DNA from: Promethearchaeota archaeon
GTDB lineage: Archaea > Asgardarchaeota > Lokiarchaeia > Sigyniarchaeales > SOKP01
Assembly (NCBI GenBank): GCA_019058445.1
Contig: JAHPZA010000010.1
Span: 64,001-128,000, forward strand
Direction: 5' to 3'
DNA: 64,000 nt
The notes beneath the pieces are model-generated. The model did not search any database. It saw only the letters and a list, made by a program, of their open reading frames with translations, and was not told the DNA's origin. Both the position numbers and the translations under genes were made by a program. The number at the start of each line of letters is the position of its first letter. Within the stretch, counting starts at the first letter, position 1. Of the stretch, positions 37,934-48,085 are shown in pieces.

Positions 37934-38698
37934 TTGAAACTGAGTATTCTTATTCCATGTTATAATGAGGAAAAAACACTAAAGCCATTATTAAAAACTA
38001 TTTTTAATATTATATTTCCAATAGAATACGAAATTATTATTATAGACGATGGTTCTGATATCAATCATAGAGCCCTTATTGAAGAAGAGATTAAAGCTAA
38101 AAAAGTTAAATTCATAAGATTGCACCAAAATCAAGGAAAAGGTGTAGCTATAAGAGTAGGTTTAAAATATGCCACTGGAGATATTTTTGTAATTCAAGAT
38201 GCTGATTTAGAATATTTCCCTTTGGATTTAATTAATCTAATAACTCCAATCTTAAAAGGAAAAACAGATGTTGTGTATGGAACGAGATTTGCTGAAAAAC
38301 CTAAAGAAATGGCTAAGGCTCATTATATCGCTAATAGGTTTTTAACAAAAGCTACAAATTTCCTTTATCATGTGAATCTTTCAGATATAGAAACAGGATA
38401 TAAGCTATTTACTAGAAAAATTTTAGAAAAAATTGAGCTTAATGCCCGAGAATTTGAATTTGAGCCAGAAATCACCGCTAAAATTATATTAAATGGATAT
38501 CTTATAAAAGAATTACCAATAATCTATCATACTCGCAGAAAAGGCTCTGCTAAAATAAATATTTTTGATGGAATAGAGAGCTTATTAATATTATTTAAAA
38601 TCAGATATTTTAACAAGTCAAAAATTTTTAATATATTTTATAGGATTTTTAAGTTTCATTTCAAAAAAATAGGATTTAAAATTACCAAATTTTTCTGA
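37934..38698 (+). CDS. GT2 glycosyltransferase, dolichol-phosphate hexose synthase-like
   Basis: LIPCYNEE, IDDGS, NQGKG, QDADLEY, DIETGYK, FEFEPEIT. Confidence 0.9.
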   Translation: MKLSILIPCYNEEKTLKPLLKTIFNIIFPIEYEIIIIDDGSDINHRALIEEEIKAKKVKFIRLHQNQGKGVAIRVGLKYATGDIFVIQDADLEYFPLDLINLITPILKGKTDVVYGTRFAEKPKEMAKAHYIANRFLTKATNFLYHVNLSDIETGYKLFTRKILEKIELNAREFEFEPEITAKIILNGYLIKELPIIYHTRRKGSAKINIFDGIESLLILFKIRYFNKSKIFNIFYRIFKFHFKKIGFKITKFF

Positions 38699-38826
38699 AC
38701 ATGTAATATAAGTTATATATAGATAAACCTAAAAAATCTTGGTTAATATTCCAAAATTTTAAATAATAATACCTTTAATATTATTTATTTAAAATTCTCA
38801 GCCATGATACTAATTTAATAACCCTA

Positions 38827-39897
38827 ATGTATATGATGAATGTAAAAGCAAAAAGAATAGTCATTGGAATATCAACAATAATTTTAATCATAATAATGAT
38901 CATTTTAATTGATATTCGCATAATATTAGAATACTTAATGAAAATTTCATTTTACGGCTTGATTTTATTTTTTTTAATATATACCATAGCTTTTATTTTT
39001 CGGACATATAGATTAAAAATGATTTTTCAAGGATTAAACCTTGATTCGTCATTCCTCACGTTATATTGTGCATTTGGTATTGGGTGGAGCATCAATGAAA
39101 TAACACCGAGTAAGCTAGGAGATCTAGTCAGAATAGAATTTATTAATGAAAAGGAAAAAAATATCGGATTGAGCAATAGTATATGTGGAATAGCAATCGA
39201 AAGATTTATTGATCTAATAATTTTAATGATTATTACTTGTTTTGCATTGCTTTATCTGTATATTAGTAATATTGGCGGAAACACAATTTTAAATTTACAC
39301 TTTTATGTAATCCTTGGCATCATTTTAGTTATTGGAGGACTAATTGCCTTAATATTTCTTGTTTTTAAAACAGATCTGATTTTGACTATTTTAGGAAAGA
39401 TTTCACTAAACTTAAGAAATAAAGCAGAGAGTTTTATTATGCAATTTTTAGGAGGCTTAAAAAAATTTCGAAGAAATAAGAAAAAAATGATCTATGTATT
39501 TATTTTAAGTATTTTAACTTGGTTTTTTGAAACACTGACATTAGTGATTCTTTTCTATTTCACGGGTTATGAAATAAATATCTTTATTATAATCTTTGCT
39601 CAAATTGTAATTTTTTTTACTAAGACTTTTCCCATTACTCCTGGAGGATGGATTATTTCAGAAAATGTTGGAGCGCTGTTAATTTTGTTATTTTATCCGT
39701 CAATTAAGTATAACAGTATTTTAGCCATATTTTTCCTTGATCATCTATTAAGATTGTTGTACGTTTTAGTTTATGGAATAATTTCTGCTATATCATTTAA
39801 TTTTAAAATCAAGGAAATGAAACTTAAATATATTAAGGATTTTGAAATTGATGAATATAATGAAGTTACATCAGAGACGGAGCCCTTAAAAAAGTAA
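38827..39897 (+). CDS. Lysylphosphatidylglycerol synthase TM / flippase-like protein (UPF0104, AglD2-like)
   Basis: ITPSKLGDLVR, IERFID, PITPGG motifs. Multi-TM and next to the GT2 gene. Confidence 0.85.
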   Translation: MYMMNVKAKRIVIGISTIILIIIMIILIDIRIILEYLMKISFYGLILFFLIYTIAFIFRTYRLKMIFQGLNLDSSFLTLYCAFGIGWSINEITPSKLGDLVRIEFINEKEKNIGLSNSICGIAIERFIDLIILMIITCFALLYLYISNIGGNTILNLHFYVILGIILVIGGLIALIFLVFKTDLILTILGKISLNLRNKAESFIMQFLGGLKKFRRNKKKMIYVFILSILTWFFETLTLVILFYFTGYEINIFIIIFAQIVIFFTKTFPITPGGWIISENVGALLILLFYPSIKYNSILAIFFLDHLLRLLYVLVYGIISAISFNFKIKEMKLKYIKDFEIDEYNEVTSETEPLKK

Positions 39898-40984
39898 TTA
39901 AATAAATATATGATAGTATAACACTGATAAATGATAAAAATATCGTTAAAACATGATTATTTACGTGTATTTCTTTCTGTATAATTCCTAACTTCAAATT
40001 GAAAGTAAAGAATTCTTTTTCCTTTAAAATGCCATATAATATTAGAGATTGAAACCATCTTAGATATTGAAAACTAAAAAAGATAAGTGTACCAACAGCT
40101 ATAATTGATACTATTGAAGTTTCAAAATGATCGGTTTTTTTTAATCTAAATAGAACGAAAAAGAATATTATTAGGGTCATTGGAATAAATCTCACATAAA
40201 TGGGGCCATCAAAACCGTGTTGAAGATAATCATAAGACTCATAAGAGTACCAACTCAAGAAAATATAGGGAATAATAATTAAAAAAAATAATAACGGAAA
40301 TATACATAATATAAAAACTTTCATCTCTTTCCAGTCTTTTTCGATCAAGTACTTTAAGAAAAATATTGGTACAGTTAATAATGTATAATATTTTATACAC
40401 ATTGACAATCCTAAAAAGAGATAAAATAGATATTTTGTATAATTTTCTTTTTTCGGATAATAAATTAGGGCCAAGAAAAAAAAGAAAAAAAAGAGAGCAT
40501 CAGTAATATGATAACCACAATTTGTTAAACTGAAAGAATTATTTAAGATCCAAAATGGATTAATTAAAAACAAACCAAACACAAAATTTCTGTTTTGAAT
40601 ATTAAAACTTTTTAAGACAAAATAAAACGTAATACTAGATAATAAATCCCAAAGAAAAGCATAGAAAGCGAAAATTTCAATATATCCAAATGATAAAAAA
40701 ATTAGAATATACAAAAAAGCAGTAGTTAATACGGGATAAAATACCGGTCGTGCGAAATTTAAACCCACATCCCCCCATGATCTAGAGGGATCTAATATAT
40801 GAATATAATAACAATAAAATAATATAAACACCCTTACTCCAATACCTACGAAAATTAAAATTTCCGAACTATTTTCAAATATCCAATCAAAAAAAGATTT
40901 CTTTTTATTATTTTCAGAAAGATCTTCCGAATTTGTAGACATATTTAGATGTGGTTTTATTTGAATAGAGGTAATTTCAAGCAA
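39866..40984 (-). CDS. Multi-pass membrane protein, probable GT-C fold glycosyltransferase
   Basis: About 10 TM helices, FYPVLT after TM1, LSMCIKYY. The start may be the internal Met (MSTNSE). Confidence 0.55.
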   Translation of the reverse strand: MLEITSIQIKPHLNMSTNSEDLSENNKKKSFFDWIFENSSEILIFVGIGVRVFILFYCYYIHILDPSRSWGDVGLNFARPVFYPVLTTAFLYILIFLSFGYIEIFAFYAFLWDLLSSITFYFVLKSFNIQNRNFVFGLFLINPFWILNNSFSLTNCGYHITDALFFFFFFLALIYYPKKENYTKYLFYLFLGLSMCIKYYTLLTVPIFFLKYLIEKDWKEMKVFILCIFPLLFFLIIIPYIFLSWYSYESYDYLQHGFDGPIYVRFIPMTLIIFFFVLFRLKKTDHFETSIVSIIAVGTLIFFSFQYLRWFQSLILYGILKEKEFFTFNLKLGIIQKEIHVNNHVLTIFLSFISVILSYIYLITFLRAPSLM

Positions 40985-41067
40985 TATTAACGAAATTTAA
41001 TTTAATTTAGTTTTCTTTAATTATATGAAAATTTATAAAAAATTAAAAATGTTAATTTTTTTAAAAA

Positions 41068-42330
41068 ATGAATAAAGTAGAACTTCTAGTTCCTGCTAAA
41101 AATTTTAAGGCAATAAAAGCTGCTTCGGAATATGCCGATTCAATATATTTTGGAATTGAAAAATTTAATATGAGGATGCGTTCCGAAAATTTTTCTTTAG
41201 AAGATTTAACTAAAGTCGTAAATTATTGCCAAAAGAAGGAATTGAAAACTTATTTGACAACAAACATATTGGTGTATGATCATGAAGTTAATGAAATCCG
41301 CACTATTATAGAAAAAGCTAAAACTTCCGGAATTGATGCTATAATTGTTCATGATTTAGCCGTTATCCAGATTGCAAAGGAATATAATATGCCTTTTCAT
41401 ATATCTACACAATGTAATGTATCCAATTCTTTATCTGCCAAATTTTATGAGGCCTTTGGAGCGAAAAGAATAATATTGGCAAGAGAATTATCTTTAGAAA
41501 AAATTAAGGAAATCAAAAGAAATTTGGCAACTGCAGAAATAGAAACTTTTATTCATGGAGCTATGTGTACTTCAGTAAGCGGAAGGTGTTATTTTTCACA
41601 AGATATCTGTGGAACTGAAGAAAAATCAGCCAATCGAGGAAGCTGTATACAACCATGCCGGAGAAGATGGTGGATGCGTGAAGAATCTGGGGCAGAATAT
41701 ATATATGACGGAGTCAGATTCTTAAATTCAAGAGATTTATGCACAATAGCATATATCCCAGAGTTAATAGAAGCCAATATTGATGCCTTTAAAATCGAGG
41801 GTCGTATGAGGCATCCTCATTATGTAGAAATTGTGAGTAAGACATATCGAGAAGCCATTGAAGCATATTACAATGGAACCTTTACAAAGAAAAAAGCAGG
41901 TAAATGGGTTACTGAGTTGAAAAAGGTTTACAATAGGGGTTTTACCACTGGTTTCTATTTTAAAAGAGCTACTGAAGATGACCATCAACATAAATCTCCA
42001 ACAAATTTATCTCATTACAGATATATTAGAGTAGGTCAGATTGAAAAGTATCATAAAGATGATAGTATTGCTATTGTTTCTCTAGACAATGGTTATTTAT
42101 CGAAAGATGATGATATTATTATCATGGGAGTAGATACCGATACTTATATTCATCAGAGAGCAAATTGGATAAGGCATAACAGAAATCTTCTTAATAAATC
42201 ACCACGAGGAACAAAATTTGATAAAATATTCATAGAATTGAAAATTGAGGGTTCTGCTATTGGCAACGGAAAGGATAAATTATATATTTTCACAGATAAA
42301 ACTTATAAGAAGAAGTCTTATTCATTGTAA
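41068..42330 (+). CDS. Peptidase U32 family Fe-S protein (TrhP/RlhA-like hydroxylation factor)
   Basis: ELLVPA, HISTQ, LAREL, ETFIHGAMC...SGRC, NRGSCIQPCR, KIEGRM. Confidence 0.9.
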   Translation: MNKVELLVPAKNFKAIKAASEYADSIYFGIEKFNMRMRSENFSLEDLTKVVNYCQKKELKTYLTTNILVYDHEVNEIRTIIEKAKTSGIDAIIVHDLAVIQIAKEYNMPFHISTQCNVSNSLSAKFYEAFGAKRIILARELSLEKIKEIKRNLATAEIETFIHGAMCTSVSGRCYFSQDICGTEEKSANRGSCIQPCRRRWWMREESGAEYIYDGVRFLNSRDLCTIAYIPELIEANIDAFKIEGRMRHPHYVEIVSKTYREAIEAYYNGTFTKKKAGKWVTELKKVYNRGFTTGFYFKRATEDDHQHKSPTNLSHYRYIRVGQIEKYHKDDSIAIVSLDNGYLSKDDDIIIMGVDTDTYIHQRANWIRHNRNLLNKSPRGTKFDKIFIELKIEGSAIGNGKDKLYIFTDKTYKKKSYSL

Positions 42331-42365
42331 AAATTAGATTAATTCAAAAAATAAAAAAAAGAAGA

Positions 42366-44201
42366 TTAGAGAGTATCTAGACCTAATTCTTTTAATTTTT
42401 CTGGAGATGGTTTGCCAGTTTCAAGATTAAATGTTCTATATTTGTAATATGCTTCTTTTAATTTCTGAAAATTAGGTGTTTTTCCAGCTGAACCTCCCTC
42501 ATTCAGAGGTTTGAGTAAGATCTGAGGTAATCTATCATCTGCGGGGCTAATTCCCATTTTTAGATTGAACATTCTTTTCATCATATAAATTCTTTCAGCT
42601 AAAAGTTTTAATTTTTCAACATCACATTCTATTCCTAATGCCCCTTGAATCAGTTCTGACGTCATCGAAGGAGGAGGATTACAAAATCCACATAATATTA
42701 ATGAATTATTCAATGCTCGATAATTTTGAGCAATAGCGCTTACAATAGCCATATCTTCGCCATCTGAATACCAATCAATCAATTCAATTCCAAGCTCTTC
42801 AAAAGGAAGTCCCAATAAAATTAAAAAGACATCGCAAGAGCAATGACAGGGACCTCGTGGAGTAGCTACTCCATAACCGATTGCCATTCCAAAGCATCGT
42901 CTTAAATCATGATACGGTACTTCCATTCCGTAAACTGTTGCAATTTCATCTTGAGGAATATTAAATTTTTTTCCTACAGCATCGGAGCCCTCCGCCATAA
43001 CATCGCCAATTCCTTCTCTTAGCGATATTTTTTTTATAAGTTCTAGTGCTGGTTTTACATCACCCCATACTGGCTCTAACCCGTCAATATCTTCGGTTTT
43101 TATTTTTCCGTTATTGAATAAGTAATAAATAAATGCAATTGTACTGCTCCCACTAATAGTATCTATTCCATAATCATTACATAACACATTCGCTCTAACA
43201 ATTGATTCAAGATTATCGTTTAAAATTAATGATCCAAAACCAACAATAGTTTCATATTCTGGCGCCTCTACTTCACCATCAGTTTTATATTCCCCCTCGA
43301 TTACCTCCGCTTTTTTAGCACAGCCTATTGAACAAGCAAAACAAGGGTAATTTCTTTTAAAGATTTTTTCTGAAGCTGTTGCCCCTGATATATTAAATGC
43401 CTCATCCCAGGTACCTAATGTCCAATATTTTATTGGTAGTTCTCCTTCCGAATTGTATTTATCTACGGCTCCAGCAGTACCAAGAATACCCATCATCTGC
43501 GATGCAAACGAAGCAGATACATTTTCTCTAATGTTTTCAGCAGCAGCTTTAAAACCGTCTGGGTCAGCGGGTTCATATGCTCTTTTTTTGGCTCGTACTG
43601 TAATAGCCTTCAACTTTTTAGATCCCATAACTGCGCCCATTCCCGTTCTTCCTGCTGCTTTTTCTTCTGAAGCAACAGTAGCAAATCTAACTAAATTCTC
43701 TCCAGCTTGACCTATGCACGCAACTCTAGTAAGGTCTGAACCAGATTGTTCTTTAAGAATTTTTGAAGTTTCATTTATACCTTTGCCCCAAAGTGATGAT
43801 GCATCTTTTATTTCAGCACCATTCTCAGTTATTTCTAGGTACACAGGATTATCAGAAGTTCCTCTAATGATTATTCCGTCATATCCTGCTTTTTTCAATT
43901 CTGGCCCGAAAAATCCGCCACAGATGGCCTCTCCCCAAATACCAGTTAACGGTGATTTTGCGCATACTGCAAATCTGCCACTGGTGAGTGCATTAGAACC
44001 ACATAATAGCCCTGGCATAAACATCAGTACATTTCCCGGAGATAATGGGTCCGTATCCTTATCAATAATTTCATATAAGTATCTGCAAGCATAACCAGTG
44101 CCACCAAGAAAATTTTTTGCTATATCTTCATTAATTGGCTCATCGCTTATTTCTTTAGTACTTAGGTCAACTTTTAACAGATTTCCAATAAATCCTTTCA
44201 T
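42366..44201 (-). CDS. aor: Aldehyde:ferredoxin oxidoreductase (tungstopterin) family
   Basis: KSPLTG, AGRTGMGAVMGSKKLKA, CxxCxxxC (CFACSIGC), PEYET, DYGIDTIS, DDRLP. Confidence 0.92.
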   Translation of the reverse strand: MKGFIGNLLKVDLSTKEISDEPINEDIAKNFLGGTGYACRYLYEIIDKDTDPLSPGNVLMFMPGLLCGSNALTSGRFAVCAKSPLTGIWGEAICGGFFGPELKKAGYDGIIIRGTSDNPVYLEITENGAEIKDASSLWGKGINETSKILKEQSGSDLTRVACIGQAGENLVRFATVASEEKAAGRTGMGAVMGSKKLKAITVRAKKRAYEPADPDGFKAAAENIRENVSASFASQMMGILGTAGAVDKYNSEGELPIKYWTLGTWDEAFNISGATASEKIFKRNYPCFACSIGCAKKAEVIEGEYKTDGEVEAPEYETIVGFGSLILNDNLESIVRANVLCNDYGIDTISGSSTIAFIYYLFNNGKIKTEDIDGLEPVWGDVKPALELIKKISLREGIGDVMAEGSDAVGKKFNIPQDEIATVYGMEVPYHDLRRCFGMAIGYGVATPRGPCHCSCDVFLILLGLPFEELGIELIDWYSDGEDMAIVSAIAQNYRALNNSLILCGFCNPPPSMTSELIQGALGIECDVEKLKLLAERIYMMKRMFNLKMGISPADDRLPQILLKPLNEGGSAGKTPNFQKLKEAYYKYRTFNLETGKPSPEKLKELGLDTL

Positions 44202-44360
44202 TTATTTTCGCTCCAAAATTTCCATTTTGTAAAATTAAAGTTTTTACATAATAATTATTTTTATTTCAATTTAAAATATCTTTTCTTCTGGAATTTATTA
44301 TATAATTTTATCAGAATATAGGAGAGAAAATATTCATATTATTATAGAAATTAAAGCCGA

Positions 44361-46100
44361 CTATTTGAAGATTTTCACACCAAGCTTTTCTAACTCCATC
44401 AAAGAATCCGTATACCAATTGAATTTGTTTTTTTCTAAATTTAAATACTTTAGTTTTCTAATTGATTTAAGTGTTTTAATGGGTTCCACATTTGTCAATT
44501 GGTTACTTCTTAAAAATAAGTATTTAAGTGATTTTAACATTCCAATCGATTCAGGAATTCTTTTTAATCTATTATTTCCTAAATATAAGTATTTTAAAGC
44601 CGATAATTTACCAATAGATTCCGGAATTTCTTTAAGCTCATTATAATATAAATACAAATACTTAAGAGATTTTAACGAACCTGTTGAATCAGGAATTTCT
44701 AATAGATGATTTTTACCTAAATCTAAAGTTTCTAATGTAGTAAGTAAACCAATTGTATGAGGAATTGTCTTTAATTGGTTAAATCCTAAAATCAAATTAT
44801 GTATTAATAGTAAATTTCCAATAGTATTAGGAAGAGAAATTAATTTATTATTAGATAAATCTAACTCTCTTAGCGAAGATAAGTTGCCTATTGATTTTGG
44901 CAACAATTTAATAATGTTTTTACTTAAATCTAAAATTTCAAGTGAAGTCAGAGAACCAATTGATTCGGGTAAATATTCTAATGCATTATCATATAAATCT
45001 AATTCTTTTAATGAAATCAATGAACTGATGGACTCTGGTAAAATTTGAAGCTTATTGAGAGCTACTTTTAAATTTTCTAGTTTTGTTAATTCTCCAATCG
45101 ATTCAGGAAGTTTAGTTAATTCATTTCGTTCTAAGCGTAGAATTCTTAGATTTGTAAGTCCTCCAATTGATTCTGGAAGTTCTTTCAATTTATTTTCCCG
45201 AATAGTAAGCCTCATGAGAGATTTCAATGAGCCTAATGAATTAGGGAGCTTAGTTATACTATTAGAGGATAAACTTAAATTTTCTAAAGAGATGAGTGAA
45301 CCCAATGTCTCAGGTAATGAAGTTAAATTATTTTCTTTTAGACCTAAATATTTAAGATTTTTAAGACCTCTAATAGAATCTGGTAACGACTCAATCTTGT
45401 TTCCTTTTAAAAAAAGAGAATTTAAAGAAGCCAAATCGCCTATTGAATCAACTAATGTCACTAAATTATTGTTTCTCACATTCAGTTTTTTGAGAGATGA
45501 AAATGAGCCAATTGAATCAGGTAATGCTTTAATATCGTTATTTCCTAAATATAATATTTCTAAAGAGGTAATAGAATTAAATTTCTCATTAAAAGTACTT
45601 AACTTATTTCCACTTAAATCAAGGGTTTTTATCTTTTTTAAATTATTCAAGGAATCCGGTAAATCCTTTAAGCTATTTTCACTTAAATCTAAAAACTCCA
45701 GATTGTTTAGAGATCCTATTGATTCAGGTAAAGTTTTTAGATTATTTGATTCTAAATGCAATTCTTTGAGGGATTTCAGGTGATAGATCGACTCAGGAAG
45801 TTTTTCCAATTTATTTTCACTCAAATCTAATATCTCAATAGTGGAAAGTGAACAAAACTCATCTGAAATTTTATTTAATTGATTCCCCCTTAAATAGATC
45901 TTTTTAAGATTTTTCAACGATGTTATAAGATTTGGAATAGTTGTTAGACCGCAGGAAAATAAACCTAATCCTGCTATATGTTCATTTTTTACCATATAAC
46001 CAAAAATATAATATTCTATTTCTTCAACTTCAGGTATCGGTCCGCCTATTTCGCTTTCAAGCTTTTCCAAAACTTTATGTTCTTGTACTGGAATTCCCAT
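44361..46100 (-). CDS. Leucine-rich repeat protein (about 22 repeats of 23 aa)
   Basis: Consensus LxxLPESIGxLxxLxxLxLxxNx throughout. Confidence 0.95.
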   Translation of the reverse strand: MGIPVQEHKVLEKLESEIGGPIPEVEEIEYYIFGYMVKNEHIAGLGLFSCGLTTIPNLITSLKNLKKIYLRGNQLNKISDEFCSLSTIEILDLSENKLEKLPESIYHLKSLKELHLESNNLKTLPESIGSLNNLEFLDLSENSLKDLPDSLNNLKKIKTLDLSGNKLSTFNEKFNSITSLEILYLGNNDIKALPDSIGSFSSLKKLNVRNNNLVTLVDSIGDLASLNSLFLKGNKIESLPDSIRGLKNLKYLGLKENNLTSLPETLGSLISLENLSLSSNSITKLPNSLGSLKSLMRLTIRENKLKELPESIGGLTNLRILRLERNELTKLPESIGELTKLENLKVALNKLQILPESISSLISLKELDLYDNALEYLPESIGSLTSLEILDLSKNIIKLLPKSIGNLSSLRELDLSNNKLISLPNTIGNLLLIHNLILGFNQLKTIPHTIGLLTTLETLDLGKNHLLEIPDSTGSLKSLKYLYLYYNELKEIPESIGKLSALKYLYLGNNRLKRIPESIGMLKSLKYLFLRSNQLTNVEPIKTLKSIRKLKYLNLEKNKFNWYTDSLMELEKLGVKIFK

Positions 46101-46266
46101 TAGATTTGATTTCGAGGTATTATATTATTTCCCAAATAATTTCATAACTCTATTAAAAAATAATAAAATAGGGTACTATTTATTTTTAACACATAAAAAA
46201 CGCAGAAATAAGAATTAAAATCAAGAAAAATGAAATTAAAAAAAATAAGAGAAAGAAAACTACATA

Positions 46267-47466
46267 TTAAAAATCAATATCTTTTCCTTCATAAACATAT
46301 GTAAAAATTTTATTGTAATCCTCTGTATTTGGAGATCTTGGGCTCATTACGCTGCTAGAGCTTTGAAAGCAGAGGTTTACTAACATTTTCAAATTTTTAT
46401 CAAAATCATCTCTGGATATCCCTAAATCTTTGAGATTCATTGGTAAATTCACTTGTTTCATAAGTTCTTTAATTTTATCAACTATGATAAAAGCAGCTTT
46501 CCGATTATCATCAGCCCATTTGGCCCAACCTAGTTTTTTTGCACTTCTTCCTAGAATTTCAGTAGAGATATCGCTTTCATCAGGATTATTAAGACAATAT
46601 TGGGTGACATACGGAAGAAATAATCCTACAGCTCTTCCATGAGGTGTATGAAAAACAGCACCCCAACTATGACCCATTGAATGACCCAAATGGGCTTGTC
46701 CATTACCAAATCCCAATCCTGCGATAGTTGCAGCTTGATGTAAGTAATCTCGTGCTTCCATATTATTGCCATCTTTATATGCAATAGGTAAATATTTGAA
46801 TACAAGCTCAATAGCCTTAATACATAAAGCATCGCTAAACTCATTCCTCCAAACTGAAACTAGACCTTCTACAGAATGAGCAAGACTATCGAAGGCAGTA
46901 TCTCGAGTGAGCTCAGGCGGCATTCCTGCTGGAAAAATCGGGTCCACAATCGCATAGGTTGGGATTAAACCTTTATGGGCCTGTTCTAATTTTTTCCATA
47001 CCTCTTCTTCATACCTAGAAATTACTACTGCCCATGTTGTCTCTGCACCTGTACCTGATGTGGTTGGTATAGCAATCATCTTTGCTTTCTTACCTAAATT
47101 ATACAACTCCATATTAAACGGATGCAAATCATCCACACCAAATTCAGGATATTCATATAATGCCCAACCTGCTTTAGCAGTATCCATAACTGATCCTCCT
47201 CCTAATGCGATTATAATATCAGGCTTATATGAGATTAAGAGTTCTTTAGTTTTAAGCACTCCCTCCTCTGTAGGATCAGGTCTTACATCTGTATAGACTT
47301 CGTAATTCTTTCCATAACTGTCTAATTTATCGGTAAGGATTTTTAAATAACCAAGCTCTTCCAAGATTTTGTCAGTAACAATAAAACATTTCTGCCCAGC
47401 TATATTTTGCAAGAAATCAATAGCATCTTCTCCATAGATTATTCCTGGGCTAAAAAAATACCACAT
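46267..47466 (-). CDS. Iron-containing alcohol dehydrogenase
   Basis: GGGSVMDTAK, IPTTSGTGAE, DSLAHSVE, HSMGH, HGRA. Confidence 0.92.
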   Translation of the reverse strand: MWYFFSPGIIYGEDAIDFLQNIAGQKCFIVTDKILEELGYLKILTDKLDSYGKNYEVYTDVRPDPTEEGVLKTKELLISYKPDIIIALGGGSVMDTAKAGWALYEYPEFGVDDLHPFNMELYNLGKKAKMIAIPTTSGTGAETTWAVVISRYEEEVWKKLEQAHKGLIPTYAIVDPIFPAGMPPELTRDTAFDSLAHSVEGLVSVWRNEFSDALCIKAIELVFKYLPIAYKDGNNMEARDYLHQAATIAGLGFGNGQAHLGHSMGHSWGAVFHTPHGRAVGLFLPYVTQYCLNNPDESDISTEILGRSAKKLGWAKWADDNRKAAFIIVDKIKELMKQVNLPMNLKDLGISRDDFDKNLKMLVNLCFQSSSSVMSPRSPNTEDYNKIFTYVYEGKDIDF

Positions 47467-47626
47467 ATATGGTTTCCACCTAATTTTTTTATTATGGATT
47501 TATTTTATATTAATTTTAAATTTAAGATTTAAAGCTTAAATTCTAAATTACAATGATTAATTATTAAAATTTTCGGTAACAATTTTCTTAGTAATCTTTA
47601 AATAAATTCAAAGCGAGAAATGAATT

Positions 47627-48052
47627 ATGGAAGAATCTGAAAAAGAAAATCTATATTTAACTTTTAAAGGAGCCATCGCGAGTATCATCCAAGATAAGCT
47701 AAAAAATCCTAAAAATATAAAACTGATAAACGAATTTAACGCAAAGTTCAACCTCGGATTACAGATTGAAGAAGATTATTATTTCTGGTTGAACATTATT
47801 GCTGAAAATGGAAATTACAAATTAGAACGAGGAAAATTAGAAGAATTTGATTTAGTTGTATTAGTAGAACCCATAGATTTATTATATTGGCTAAACCGAC
47901 AAAATTCAACTGTTCATATGGTAACCATAAAAAATAAGTTTGGATATAAGAAATTTCGGTTTGAAAAAGGTTCTGATGGAAAACGCAATCTTGGGATTTT
48001 ATTAAAACTTCCTAAAGTTCTAGTTCTCGATAAAGTAAAGAAACAGAAATAG
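47627..48052 (+). CDS. Hypothetical protein, SCP2 sterol/lipid-binding-like fold
   Basis: Pattern WLNIIAENGNYKLERGKLEEFDLVV resembles SCP2. Divergent from the ADH gene. Confidence 0.55.
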   Translation: MEESEKENLYLTFKGAIASIIQDKLKNPKNIKLINEFNAKFNLGLQIEEDYYFWLNIIAENGNYKLERGKLEEFDLVVLVEPIDLLYWLNRQNSTVHMVTIKNKFGYKKFRFEKGSDGKRNLGILLKLPKVLVLDKVKKQK

Positions 48053-48085
48053 TTTTTTTTCTTTTTTTTTTAGATTTTGCAGTTT

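Noticed and set aside
38696-38725. TGA stop of the GT2 gene as possible Sec read-through
   Set aside because: The domain is complete, the frame closes with TAG eight codons later, and no SECIS-like hairpin is visible downstream.
44365-45783. Antisense ORFs (242 aa and 93 aa) with apparent periodicity
   Set aside because: They are shadows of the LRR gene. The 69-bp periodicity comes from the LRR codons and is not a CRISPR array.
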